From Candidatus Bathyarchaeota archaeon (GTDB lineage Archaea > Thermoproteota > Bathyarchaeia > 40CM-2-53-6): DNA of 64,000 nucleotides. The notes below the pieces were generated by a model, which was given only the letters and a program-made list of their open reading frames with translations, was not told the DNA's origin and made no database searches. A program made the translations under genes and the position numbers. Below, one piece after another: positions 37,285 to 46,837 of the stretch. Location of the stretch: positions 99,845 through 163,844 of the forward strand of contig VBBN01000027.1 in assembly GCA_005888735.1 (NCBI GenBank), given 5' to 3'. The stretch's first letter is position 1. Every line of letters starts with the position of its first letter.

Positions 37285-38469
37285 ATGATGCGGAATCTCA
37301 ACCTTCTCGCATCAATCCAAGCCCTGCCTCGCGACCTGCGATTACTGTTCCTCTCGCTCTTCCTCTGGACCTTCGGGCTAGGTGTATACAACTATGTCTG
37401 GTCCATCTATCTCCGAAACCTAGGTGCACTGCCTGAACAAGTAGGCCTCGTATATTCAGTAGGCTTCCTCGCCGCGGCTGCCTCTATGATCCCCGGGGGT
37501 CTGCTAGCGAACAAGTACGAACTGCGAACCTTGATCATCATCAGCTGGGCCATGTCCCTCCCACCGCCAGTAATGTTCTACTACGCCCGCGTCTGGCCCG
37601 ATGTTATCCCGGGACTTTTGATTCTCCAAGTCTCCGGGTTCAGCCTCCCAGCCTTCAACGCGTACATATCAACCGCTAGTGACCAGGGAAAAATGGCCTC
37701 AAGCTTCGGAGCAGTCTACGCCGCGGCCCCATTGGGAATCGTCATTTCACCTGCGATGGGAAGCATTCTGTTGAACTGGCTCCAGATCCGAGACCTCTTC
37801 TGGGTCAGCTTCGCATTCTTCTCTGTCTCAACACTCGTCCTGTTTCGAGTAGGACGCCAACCCCCGCTGGAAACCGACAAGAGTCATCCACTGATCGAAC
37901 TCCCCAAGTCCTCCTTGGAGAAGACAATCCTCATCCTACTCGCAGGCGATACCATAGCCTACAGCATCACAGCATCGTTTCTGCCTCTTTACTTTCAGGA
38001 CATCTATCACCTAACCAATGTCCAGATTCAGCTCCTCGGCGCAGTCCAGTCGCTCGGTGGAGCGGTTCTCGCAATACTCCTAGGAAGGTGGGCTACAAGA
38101 CGCAACCCAGGTGGGGCCATGGCCGCAGGATTTCTCCTCGTTTCGGGAGGGGTCGCTGGAATTGCCCTTACCGCCTCACCCTTCCTAGTTCTTCCAATGG
38201 TATTCTTCTTTGGCACCGCAAGGGCTCCTTCGCTAGTCAGCTACTCAATCCTTAGCGGGCTCAAGAAGGGAGGGTCGCGCGGCGGCCGGTTTGGCCTCTA
38301 CCTGACCCTCGAGCAACTTGGCTTCGTCATTGGCTCTTCCGTGGGCGGGTTTCTCTATGCAATGGGTCCTGTTTCAGTCTTGGGAGTGACGTTGGTCTCG
38401 TTTCTCGCTCTTGCAGGGCTAAGCCTGCTGCGCATAGAGAGACTCGTCCCCTCACAAAAGCAAACGTGA
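37285..38469 (+). CDS. MFS transporter
   Basis: 12 TM helices in two 6-helix halves, with the MFS loop motif GGLLANKYELR between TM2 and TM3. Confidence 0.8.
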   Translation: MMRNLNLLASIQALPRDLRLLFLSLFLWTFGLGVYNYVWSIYLRNLGALPEQVGLVYSVGFLAAAASMIPGGLLANKYELRTLIIISWAMSLPPPVMFYYARVWPDVIPGLLILQVSGFSLPAFNAYISTASDQGKMASSFGAVYAAAPLGIVISPAMGSILLNWLQIRDLFWVSFAFFSVSTLVLFRVGRQPPLETDKSHPLIELPKSSLEKTILILLAGDTIAYSITASFLPLYFQDIYHLTNVQIQLLGAVQSLGGAVLAILLGRWATRRNPGGAMAAGFLLVSGGVAGIALTASPFLVLPMVFFFGTARAPSLVSYSILSGLKKGGSRGGRFGLYLTLEQLGFVIGSSVGGFLYAMGPVSVLGVTLVSFLALAGLSLLRIERLVPSQKQT

Positions 38470-38520
38470 TCATCGGTGGGGGAGAGAGGAAAAAAAGAGG
38501 GGAATAGAGAATGGAGCGGG

Positions 38521-40584
38521 CTAGTGTCTCGACAGAATAGTTACTGTGACTGCAGTCGTGTGAGTCAGCGACCCACTAGTCGCAGTTATGGTGATTGTGT
38601 AGGTCCCCGTTTGCGTCCCGCCGTTCGTGGAAACCGTCAATATGGCTGTATCGCTTCCGCCTGGAGATAGGTTCAGACTTGTCGGTGTCAGTGTTACTCC
38701 TGGGCCTTTCTTGACACTGGGCGTGATGGTTGCGGAGAGGGTTACGGTTCCCGTGAAGCCGTTTAGGCTGGTGAGTGTTACCGTGGAGCTGGCTGACTGG
38801 CCTCTGATGATGGTTAAAGAAGACGGGCTGGTTCGGCTGGCGAAGTCTGGTGGCGGGGCAGTCGATGTGAAGTTAGCCTCGAGGACGTTCTCTGGGTCAA
38901 CGCCCCCTGGAGCATTCGGATTTGTGACGGTGACGCATATGTTGTCGTTGCTCGTTCCGCTGCAGCCAACAGGGAACAAAATGTAGGTTCCCTGAGTGGT
39001 GCCCACGATGTTGTAGGTGATGCTAAAGAAGCGTCCAGTAGTCGGTGCGGTAGTGATGCTGCCTTGGGACACAGCCGCCACTCTAACAAGACCGCTGGTT
39101 GAGTTGACAGAGTTGCGGACTACGAAGACGTTTTGAAGAACAGTTCCGTTGAGACTATCACTGACTGGTCGAAGTACACTAGGGTCTGTCAGTACTAGGA
39201 TGTCGAAGCCGTTGAGAGCAGGTGAATTCTGAACGTTCACAGCGACACTCAACTGTCCCCCAACAGTTCCCTGGGCCATCAGTGGAGTCGAAGGACACGA
39301 GGTGGACGACGCGGGAGCGATGCACACCGTACCAGGTGTGAGTGCGGCCACTATTGTAAAGGACGATGTTGTCGAGTGAGATAGGTTACCGTTTGTCCCG
39401 GTAACGTTGACGACGAAGGTTGTGGTTGGGCTTCCAGTAGTGGTGGAGAAGGTGAGGGTAGACGTCGCAGATCCCCCTGATGGGAGAGTGACGTTTCTAG
39501 GGCTCAAACTCCAGGTTGGACAGCTGGGGCATAGAGGAGGTGCGGAACTTGAGAGATTGACCGTGCCGCTGAACCCGTTAATGCTGGTGACCACGATCAT
39601 GGAGGTCGCAGTGGAGCCTTGCTGCACGTTTTGGGAAGCCGGGTTGGCAGACATGGAAAAGTCCGGTGTTGGAGCCTGCACGACTTTGAACGAAACTGTC
39701 ACCGAATGGGACAGGCTACCGCTGGTTCCTGTGACTGTGACGTTGAAGATCATGGCCGGTGTGTTAGAGGATGTTGTGAAAGTCAGCGTGGCCTGGGCTG
39801 TCCCGCCCGAGGCAACGAACACGCTGCTTGGGCTGATGCTCCAAGACGGGCATCCTATAGCGAGACACATAGCAGGGAGCGAGAAGTTGACTGTGCCCGA
39901 GAAACCGTTCAGGCTGGCGACGGTTATGGCTGACTTTGCGGAGGAGCCTTGTTGGACCGTTTGAGACAGCGGGTTGGCGGCAATGGTGAAGTCGGGGGTT
40001 GCCGTCCCGCCAAATGTTGCGGTCTGAACCATCTCGGGGTCAACCGTGTTTCCGTTGACAACTGTCACACACGTACTGGGAACGCTTGTGCCCGAACAGC
40101 CTGTCTGAAAGACAATCGCTGTTCCCTTGGTTGAGGATAATACCTTGTAGAGGATGTTGAACAGGTTTCCTGTGACAGGACCTGCTATAATATAGCCTTC
40201 AGCGACTATCGCGAGACGCGCGATTCCTGTTGACGAGTCCGTAGATTGCGCGACTATAAGGCGGGGATCGTGGACTACGCTGTTAGCTACGGTTATGTTC
40301 AAGGGTTGCAGAACAGACGGGTCAACTTGGACTGCAATGTCGAAGCCGTTCAGGCTGTCACTGCCTTGAATGTTGACTGCGAGAGTAATGCTGGAACCTA
40401 CCGGCGCGGACAGGGAAGGGGGTGATGAGGGACAAGATGAAGGGTTCACTGAGCTGTTTGCGATGCAGACGAGGCCTGTGGCAGCGCTAACTTGCGGAAC
40501 GGTTACCAAGAGTCCTAGCAATGTTAGAGTTAGAAGAGAGCTGAGCGAAAGAATCATTTTCAGTTCTTTCAAGAATTTCCGCAA
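38521..40584 (-). CDS. Ser/Thr-rich surface protein with two cohesin domains and three Ig-like repeats
   Basis: Signal peptide. Cohesin-like segments ITLAVNIQGSDSLNGFDIAVQVDPSVLQPL (about 40497..40060) and LSVAVNVQNSPALNGFDILVLTDPSVLRPV (about 39342..38904). In between are three ~95-aa repeats (PDF[TS]..ANP.SQ.VQQGS...SLNGFSGTV). All plus-strand ORFs in this span are antisense artefacts. Confidence 0.7.
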   Translation of the reverse strand: MRKFLKELKMILSLSSLLTLTLLGLLVTVPQVSAATGLVCIANSSVNPSSCPSSPPSLSAPVGSSITLAVNIQGSDSLNGFDIAVQVDPSVLQPLNITVANSVVHDPRLIVAQSTDSSTGIARLAIVAEGYIIAGPVTGNLFNILYKVLSSTKGTAIVFQTGCSGTSVPSTCVTVVNGNTVDPEMVQTATFGGTATPDFTIAANPLSQTVQQGSSAKSAITVASLNGFSGTVNFSLPAMCLAIGCPSWSISPSSVFVASGGTAQATLTFTTSSNTPAMIFNVTVTGTSGSLSHSVTVSFKVVQAPTPDFSMSANPASQNVQQGSTATSMIVVTSINGFSGTVNLSSSAPPLCPSCPTWSLSPRNVTLPSGGSATSTLTFSTTTGSPTTTFVVNVTGTNGNLSHSTTSSFTIVAALTPGTVCIAPASSTSCPSTPLMAQGTVGGQLSVAVNVQNSPALNGFDILVLTDPSVLRPVSDSLNGTVLQNVFVVRNSVNSTSGLVRVAAVSQGSITTAPTTGRFFSITYNIVGTTQGTYILFPVGCSGTSNDNICVTVTNPNAPGGVDPENVLEANFTSTAPPPDFASRTSPSSLTIIRGQSASSTVTLTSLNGFTGTVTLSATITPSVKKGPGVTLTPTSLNLSPGGSDTAILTVSTNGGTQTGTYTITITATSGSLTHTTAVTVTILSRH

Positions 40585-40828
40585 AAGGCTAGGGTCGCAG
40601 TGCGATAAGTGTTTCTGAGTCTATACGCAAGTATATCATGGTTTCTCAGGGTTGTCGCGGGAAGAAGACGCAGATTTCCTTCGGAGGCTGCGGTCTACCC
40701 AGAGGCACTGCAGGAATCTTTGAGAAACCATTGAGCAGCTTGGGGCCCGCATGTCCTCCCACTCCAGGGCCCGTGCCTCCACTCACCCTTCTCAGCTACC
40801 CGATTTCCTTCACAGAGGCGCTTTCCCA

Positions 40829-41539
40829 CTATCGTTTCTTCCCGTAAACCGCACAGACGACTCCCATTGTCAATGGGACAGAACGAGTGTTCACTAGGCC
40901 CTCTACGGTCATCAAATTTTCCACTTGTTGCCCGGTTCGAGCTCGCAATATGGACCGTCCCAGATAGGATAGTGTCTGCCCCCAGGCTTCCGATACGATT
41001 CTCCCGATTACTGGGAAGAGGCCCAGCAGGTAGTCGTAGTAGACGACCCTGAAGAGCTTGTTGGTAGGACGGGTAAAGTCTAGCGAAATAACCGTACCCC
41101 CAGGAATCGTGGTCCGGGCCATTTCGCCGAGCGTCTTCTTCGCATCCGACACGTTTCGGAGGGCGAGGCTAATCGTTGACGCGTTGAAACACTCATCTTT
41201 GAATGGGAGATTCTCCGCCCGGGCTAGGACCCAGTCCGCCCTATTGCCAAGGTCTCGCCCACGCAGGTTCGTCTTTGCTGTTTGGAGCATCGCTCTGGTC
41301 AAGTCGATCCCCACAACGAGGCCCCTTTCCCCGAGTCGTTGGGAGAGTTCCGTTGCGAGAGTTCCAGGCCCGGTTGCCACGTCGAGGACCAGCCCGTTTG
41401 TCGGCAAGTCAGACTTCGCAGCAACGAAACTTCGCCAGTAATGGTCCTGGCCGAATGTCAAGAGGCCGAGGAGTGCATCATATTCCTTCGGGACTCTGCT
41501 GAATAGACTGCGAACATACCAGGCCTTAGGGTCTGTCAC
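40829..41539 (-). CDS. Class I SAM-dependent methyltransferase, UbiE/MenG-like
   Basis: Motif I VLDVATGPGTLA and motif II VVGIDLT. The overall pattern matches demethylmenaquinone/ubiquinone methyltransferases. Confidence 0.8.
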   Translation of the reverse strand: MTDPKAWYVRSLFSRVPKEYDALLGLLTFGQDHYWRSFVAAKSDLPTNGLVLDVATGPGTLATELSQRLGERGLVVGIDLTRAMLQTAKTNLRGRDLGNRADWVLARAENLPFKDECFNASTISLALRNVSDAKKTLGEMARTTIPGGTVISLDFTRPTNKLFRVVYYDYLLGLFPVIGRIVSEAWGQTLSYLGRSILRARTGQQVENLMTVEGLVNTRSVPLTMGVVCAVYGKKR

Positions 41540-41543
41540 GTTA

Positions 41544-41927
41544 CTAAGCAGGTCTTGCTGCGGCCTGCTTGTTCTGGGCCCGCAGGAAACTGTAGCCTAC
41601 TGCGGCTATTCCGGCGATGATTATCAGCGTCGCAAATGTCACCGGTAGAAGTTCTCCGATGTTGAAGGCGATGAACCAGAGGATTGAGACACCTGTCAGC
41701 ACGGCTCCCCAGCCGACAATCAGTATGCGCGGGGTGGAATAGGGGTTCTTTGATGGTGGAATGATCGTTCCTAGAAGGGCGAGCCAGGCACCAAACAATA
41801 CGAAAACAAGCGGCAACGCGTTAAGCGGTGCCAACGGAATAATCCCAAGGAGCGAAGTGAGGATTAGGCTTCCGAAGACTATGAGAAAGACACCAAAGTT
41901 CAATGGCGCCCAAGGCACGCGCATCAA
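41544..41927 (-). CDS. Hypothetical membrane protein (4 TM)
   Basis: Hydrophobic 127-aa ORF, 5 nt downstream of the methyltransferase stop. Confidence 0.45.
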   Translation of the reverse strand: MMRVPWAPLNFGVFLIVFGSLILTSLLGIIPLAPLNALPLVFVLFGAWLALLGTIIPPSKNPYSTPRILIVGWGAVLTGVSILWFIAFNIGELLPVTFATLIIIAGIAAVGYSFLRAQNKQAAARPA

Positions 41928-41951
41928 AGGTCCCTTTCAGGCGACGAGTTG

Positions 41952-43121
41952 TTATTCGCTTATAGTTCTGTCGTCACCGCTACCAAGCTTTCTTCTCCGT
42001 GCGACTGTGATAATAGCTGCGAGCCCGACGGCTGCCCAGGCCGCGATTGTTGCGTAAATGAAGAATGAGGCACTCGGCTGGCTTGAGGTAGGCTGGATTG
42101 TGGTCTCGTAGGACACTCGGACCGTAGTGTTGGAGTTTACGACAAGTGAGCCTCCAGATGGGTTCGACTTGTATCCGGGAGGGTTTTGCACGGTAAACAG
42201 ATGCGTGCCCTTTGACACTTCAAACGTTATCGACTTTTCGGTTGACTCCTGACTGATTCCATCTAGGATCACCGACCAAGTTGTGCCGGGCGCAAGTCCT
42301 GATTTTGAAAAGCTGACGGAGTACTCTAGTGGCGCGAATCCTACGAGTTGGGAGACGGGGTTTCCGCTTACTTGCAGGATGGCTGATGCAGGGATGCTGG
42401 TGTAGCCGTTGATGGGTGCGACCGTGAAAGCGTATGTTCCGTTGGGCTCTGAGAAGAGGACACTCTCGGATGTGGAGGAGAGAGTTGTATGGTTGAGTGT
42501 GACGGACCATGAAGTTCCGGGTCTTAGGCCGGTTTCTGTGAGTCTGACCGGGTAGGTACTCGGGCGTGAGACTTGAATGAGTGTCGCATTGCCGTCATTG
42601 TAGTAGTTCTGGTATAAGCCACTATTTGGGAGCGTGTAGCTTGAAACCGAGACGGTCGCGCTGTTCTGCGCGAAAGTTGAACGAACCTCTCGCTCGGCGA
42701 TCTCCCAGCCGTCGATCACATGCTTGCAAAACGGAAAGGGATTGCATACGCTGGTTTCATGGTGCGCGGCACCTATGCTCCATTGCCCGAGGACAGGGTC
42801 CAATCCCGTGTCCCAGACTCGAATGTGAAAGCGGGGACCGTAGCAGGGCGGGATTTGGCCTCCGGTATCAGGTGTTTCAAGGGTGAAGTCGTACGTTTTC
42901 CCACTGAGCGTCTTTGGCTCCGAGCAGGGCGTCGGGTTCCATCCGTTAAAGTTCTGAAGAACCCACCAAGCTGGCGCGTACCCGGTGAAGATTAGGTTTA
43001 CAGGATCTAAGCCGTCGTCGGTTTGAGGGGGAATTGTCATGGTGGCGTCGGCCCCCCGAACAGCCAATAGAAACGAACTCTCGAGACAGAGAGCTATGAG
43101 AAGGCCTGCGGTCGTTCTCAA
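41952..43121 (-). CDS. Secreted surface protein with tandem beta-sandwich repeats and C-terminal TM anchor
   Basis: Signal peptide. A Cys-containing N-terminal domain. Two homologous ~60-aa repeats (TSWSVTLNHTTLSSTSESVLFSEPNGTYAFTVAPINGY / TTWSVILDGISQESTEKSITFEVSKGTHLFTVQNPPGY). A C-terminal TM helix and RRRK tail. Confidence 0.6.
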   Translation of the reverse strand: MRTTAGLLIALCLESSFLLAVRGADATMTIPPQTDDGLDPVNLIFTGYAPAWWVLQNFNGWNPTPCSEPKTLSGKTYDFTLETPDTGGQIPPCYGPRFHIRVWDTGLDPVLGQWSIGAAHHETSVCNPFPFCKHVIDGWEIAEREVRSTFAQNSATVSVSSYTLPNSGLYQNYYNDGNATLIQVSRPSTYPVRLTETGLRPGTSWSVTLNHTTLSSTSESVLFSEPNGTYAFTVAPINGYTSIPASAILQVSGNPVSQLVGFAPLEYSVSFSKSGLAPGTTWSVILDGISQESTEKSITFEVSKGTHLFTVQNPPGYKSNPSGGSLVVNSNTTVRVSYETTIQPTSSQPSASFFIYATIAAWAAVGLAAIITVARRRKLGSGDDRTISE

Positions 43122-43166
43122 TTGTTCCGCTAGAAACTGGGAAGGGTCCTGCTCTTAGCCTTGGCT

Positions 43167-44186
43167 TCAGATGTGCCTATAGATGCTCGTCTGGGTGAAG
43201 GTTCCCGAGTTCAGGTCCTGTTCTATCTCTCGGAGAAGGAGGATTCTCTTGAACACAGGTGGGTGGGTGGAGAATGCTTCACTGAACTTTCTCCAGTTCG
43301 ACTTAGCCTCGGTCTCCATTGCCTGTTCCAGTTCACGTTCACTGAGCACTCCGTCATGGTCCAAGTCGTACCGGTTCTTCTGTTCTAAGATACTTGCGAC
43401 TTCCATCCGGGCTTGAGCGGGGTCTTCGATGAAGAAAGCCCGGGCCCCGTGGGGTTCCTCCGGCGACAGCGATAATCCATAGGCGATTTTCGTCAAAGCG
43501 CTCTCAAGCTCACGAGGTTTCTGCGTGAGGAAGGCCGAGTAAGCGTCCGCGTAATGCTCTCGAAGTCGGGTCAGACGAAGGCTGAGGAGCGTCGTTACAA
43601 TGTAGACGACGTAGGCGGTCACGGCGGCGATGATGAGAATTCCTGCCCCATTGTCCGATTTACCCCTCCGCCCACCGTAGCTCGAGGTAGCGCTGGTCCA
43701 GAAGACGGTACGGGCGACTAGATACGCTACGAGCGGAATGGCGCTGACGAGCGTAACGACGATAAAGTCCCGGTGTTTGATGTGGCCAAGTTCATGGCCG
43801 AGAACCCCCTCAATCTCTTCCTCGTCCAAGCGTTGCAGCAAACCTTGGTTGACCGCGAGAGTTGCATCGTGCTGCGTCCTGCCGAAGGCGAAGGCGTTGG
43901 GAGTTGGGTCGGGGGATATCGCGAGCCGCGGCATTGGGATGCCGGATTTTCCGGCAAGCTCGCTGACTTTTGCCTCGAGCCACTGATTCTCACCAGGCTG
44001 AAGATAGTGAAGGTGGCTTGTCCAGGCGACTATAGTGGGGCCGATGAGGTATTGAATGAACATGATTAGGAAGCCCCCGGTGAGGCCGAGGATGAAGGCA
44101 GCTCCCGGGCTTATCGTGAAGAGCAATGAGATGATTGTGAGGAGCGCTAGGAAAATTGCGAAAGTGATTATTATCGTCAGGCCCAT
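43167..44186 (-). CDS. htpX: M48-family zinc metalloprotease HtpX
   Basis: HELGHIKHRD (HExxH), a downstream E in ...FGRTQHDATL..., and four TM helices in the HtpX arrangement. Confidence 0.85.
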   Translation of the reverse strand: MGLTIIITFAIFLALLTIISLLFTISPGAAFILGLTGGFLIMFIQYLIGPTIVAWTSHLHYLQPGENQWLEAKVSELAGKSGIPMPRLAISPDPTPNAFAFGRTQHDATLAVNQGLLQRLDEEEIEGVLGHELGHIKHRDFIVVTLVSAIPLVAYLVARTVFWTSATSSYGGRRGKSDNGAGILIIAAVTAYVVYIVTTLLSLRLTRLREHYADAYSAFLTQKPRELESALTKIAYGLSLSPEEPHGARAFFIEDPAQARMEVASILEQKNRYDLDHDGVLSERELEQAMETEAKSNWRKFSEAFSTHPPVFKRILLLREIEQDLNSGTFTQTSIYRHI

Positions 44187-44295
44187 TGTTCGTTTAAGGG
44201 CCCCGAGTCCCGCCGTACCGTGCTCCCTCCTCGTCAGGGAACCTTTTTCCAGCCAGTCTTAATCCTTAGCACAAGCAGAATTAGGTCGCCACGAA

Positions 44296-45051
44296 ATGTC
44301 CAATGTCGTCTCGGAAATTCGCTGCAAGAACTGCGGCGCCCCGCTCGACCTGCATCCTGGGGAACTGCTTAGCACATGCCGATATTGCGGATACACTGCC
44401 GTTGTCGGCGCGGACTCCACGTTTCAACTCCAGCACAGTTTGATCCTAAACCAGCATAACGCTGCAAGTACGACCGACATTCTCCAGGACTGGATGAGAT
44501 CGGGGTTCATGAAGCCAGGTGACCTGGCGAAGAAGAGCAACATTACGATGCTAGAACTCCGGTATTTGCCATTCTGGCTAGTCCCATTGACAGCAACAAG
44601 CAACTACGAAGGTGTACTAGAAAGAATCTCCCCGCCATCACAACGAAAAGGGACGATTGAGAACAGCTACGACTGGCTGGTCCTCGGAAGAAAGGCTGCA
44701 GAGTTTCCAACGCGGGACTACAAGGTCCCCGTCGAAGGAAAGATCCCTTTCGACTATTCAAAAGTGGAGGCGTCGGCGAAGTTTCTCAACAGCGAGATCG
44801 AGAATACGGAGGCAATAGCACACGCCAAGGACGAGGTCGAACAACACCACCAGTTCCTTGCGAAACAGGAGGTTGACCGTTTGACCAATTTTTCTACAAC
44901 TTTCAAGGTTGAGGCTGCAACATACCTTCACGCACCATTATGGTTTGCACAATACGACTACAAGGGACGGTCGTACAACGCGATTATCGACGGCTCATCA
45001 GGGGCGGTGTTGCGCGCAGACATACCGCCTGTCGACTTCAAAATGTTCTGA
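44296..45051 (+). CDS. Hypothetical protein with N-terminal zinc ribbon
   Basis: CKNCGAPL...17aa...CRYCGY then a ~200-aa globular domain with no recognised motif. Divergent from htpX. Confidence 0.5.
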   Translation: MSNVVSEIRCKNCGAPLDLHPGELLSTCRYCGYTAVVGADSTFQLQHSLILNQHNAASTTDILQDWMRSGFMKPGDLAKKSNITMLELRYLPFWLVPLTATSNYEGVLERISPPSQRKGTIENSYDWLVLGRKAAEFPTRDYKVPVEGKIPFDYSKVEASAKFLNSEIENTEAIAHAKDEVEQHHQFLAKQEVDRLTNFSTTFKVEAATYLHAPLWFAQYDYKGRSYNAIIDGSSGAVLRADIPPVDFKMF

Positions 45052-45357
45052 ACCCTACAATTGGAGTTTCCGAGCTCGGGTTACTGGACTCAGAAGCCAA
45101 ACATGTTGGATGAGGTCTTGTTCTGTGGAGTGAAGGGCGCGAGGGTTCGGTTGTTTAGGGGAGTCGAGGCATCTTGGCGGATGCAGCTCAACGGTGTCGG
45201 CCGCTCATCGTTAAGAAAAGCTACACGGGTGCGGAAAACGCTCTCACGAACGAAATCCAGTAGAACCTATAGGTAAGCGTCACGAAATTGCCCAATCTAT
45301 TATGGGTTTAATACAAACAATCTCCGCTGGCCCGGGCCTCTTTGTCCCGCGCACGTC

Positions 45358-45789
45358 CTATTCCATTGGCGTTTCGTCATCCGGTGCGGCATATTTCTTG
45401 GGCGGCTCCCAAAGCTCTAGCCAGTTACCTTCAGGATCGCTTATCCAGGCGAACTTGCCGTACTGTGATTTTTCGAGTTTCCTGGCGATTTTGACCCTTT
45501 CTCTGCGAAGTTTCTGGAGCACTTTTTCCAGGTTCTTGACCCTGTAATTGATCATGAACTGCTTGCGAGGATTGTGAAAATAATCAGTGTTCGAGGGGAA
45601 CAGGGCCCAAACAGTGTAGCCCTTCCGTTTCGCCTCCTTAGGACCTTGCCAAGTGAAGAGGGCGGTGTTCTGGGTAGTCTTGAGCCCGAGGTGCTTTCTG
45701 TACCAATCGGACAACCTCTTCGGGTTTCGCGCTCTGAAGAACACACCACCGATCCCGGTCACCCTTTTGCTGGAGGGCTTTGCGGTCAA
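45358..45789 (-). CDS. VOC-family (glyoxalase-like) protein
   Basis: GIGGVFFRARNPKRLSDWYRKHLGL...AWISDPEGNWLELWEP is a typical single-domain glyoxalase/VOC fold signature. Confidence 0.7.
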   Translation of the reverse strand: MTAKPSSKRVTGIGGVFFRARNPKRLSDWYRKHLGLKTTQNTALFTWQGPKEAKRKGYTVWALFPSNTDYFHNPRKQFMINYRVKNLEKVLQKLRRERVKIARKLEKSQYGKFAWISDPEGNWLELWEPPKKYAAPDDETPME

Positions 45790-45969
45790 TGTCGGCCGTT
45801 TTCGTCCTCGATTGCCCTATTATCACCTTCTAAGGAACCCGAGTCTCATTTTTTCAATCTCATCGCAACGAACCCGGACGGGCGTGCCCTTTGAGATTAG
45901 TAGAACCTATTGAAACTGAGGATGGATTACGATTCGGTCACCATGTTTTAAGAACCCTAGCTGGAAGGT

Positions 45970-46500
45970 ATGAACTCGGCAATGTCGACTTCTGCTGTTG
46001 TGGAAAGGAGGAGGGCTCGGGGTTTAGAGGAGCGTTATGAAATGCTGAGGAAGACACTGGCCCACTACCTCCTCCTCCAAGTGGGCACTTTCGTTGCAGC
46101 TTTCGGTTTCGACGCTGTGGGACCCGCCATGAACACTCTCACAGACAAGAAAGCAGAGCTGAAAGTCTTGGAGGTCAACAGGAACGGCGGGGTTGGGGGC
46201 TCAGAGCAGGCGGTAAAGAGGCTCTCGCAGAACCTTGTTGATAGTATGGGTGAGACTTTCAACAGCGATTATCTAGTCGAGGCAGGAAATTCTTCTCGAA
46301 CTGTCAAGCTGAGCAGGTGCGGCTGCATAGAATCAGTCGTGGAACAAGCGGAAACGTATGGGCTCACCAAGGCCCAGGCCAGATCCATCTTTTGCGGAAC
46401 GTGCATGAGCAGCTACAAGAAAGCAGCACAGACCTTGAGCCTTAGTTTCAAGGGCAGGCTCAGTAAGGAAGGCTGCTCGATGGGGTTCTCAACAAACTAG
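45970..46500 (+). CDS. Hypothetical protein (Cys-cluster containing)
   Basis: 176 aa with a CGC...CGTC cysteine arrangement. No confident family. Confidence 0.45.
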   Translation: MNSAMSTSAVVERRRARGLEERYEMLRKTLAHYLLLQVGTFVAAFGFDAVGPAMNTLTDKKAELKVLEVNRNGGVGGSEQAVKRLSQNLVDSMGETFNSDYLVEAGNSSRTVKLSRCGCIESVVEQAETYGLTKAQARSIFCGTCMSSYKKAAQTLSLSFKGRLSKEGCSMGFSTN

Positions 46501-46736
46501 TTCCACTGACTAAACACCAGTTTGAGACACATGAGTTTCAGGTGTCTTCACATAGGGAGAGACGCTAATCTTGATCTTGTCGACCAGGGTCACCGGTGAA
46601 TCGCCCAAATTCACCCCTGAATCACAATCTGTCAGCGACCACTAACGCTCACCCTGGAGCCTTGAAGGAAAATGCTAACGATCCCATCGTGCCGAAAACC
46701 CGAAGCGCGCCCATTTTACGCCGTGTCAGCCAGAAA

Positions 46737-46812
46737 TCGCTCATTATCCCCACCAGACAGAAAACGACCCCTGGAAAAACGACCGGGTACGGACGCGGCT
46801 GTTTGAGACGTG
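46737..46812. repeat. Copy B of the conserved ~75-nt intergenic element (copy A at 1211..1285)
   Basis: tcgctcattatccccaccagacagaaaacgacccctggaaaaacgaccgggtacggacgcggctgtttgagacgtg. The hairpin is conserved with a C-to-U change that keeps pairing as G-U. It lies between convergent genes (45970..46500 and the DRG GTPase). Confidence 0.5.
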
Positions 46813-46837
46813 AAACTTCAGATCCGAAGAATTTCGT

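Noticed and set aside
38627-39964. Three plus-strand ORFs (119, 185 and 104 aa) inside the cohesin gene
   Set aside because: They are antisense to a 687-aa Ser/Thr/Val-rich protein whose repeats create long open frames on the opposite strand. The sense gene has a signal peptide and recognisable domains.
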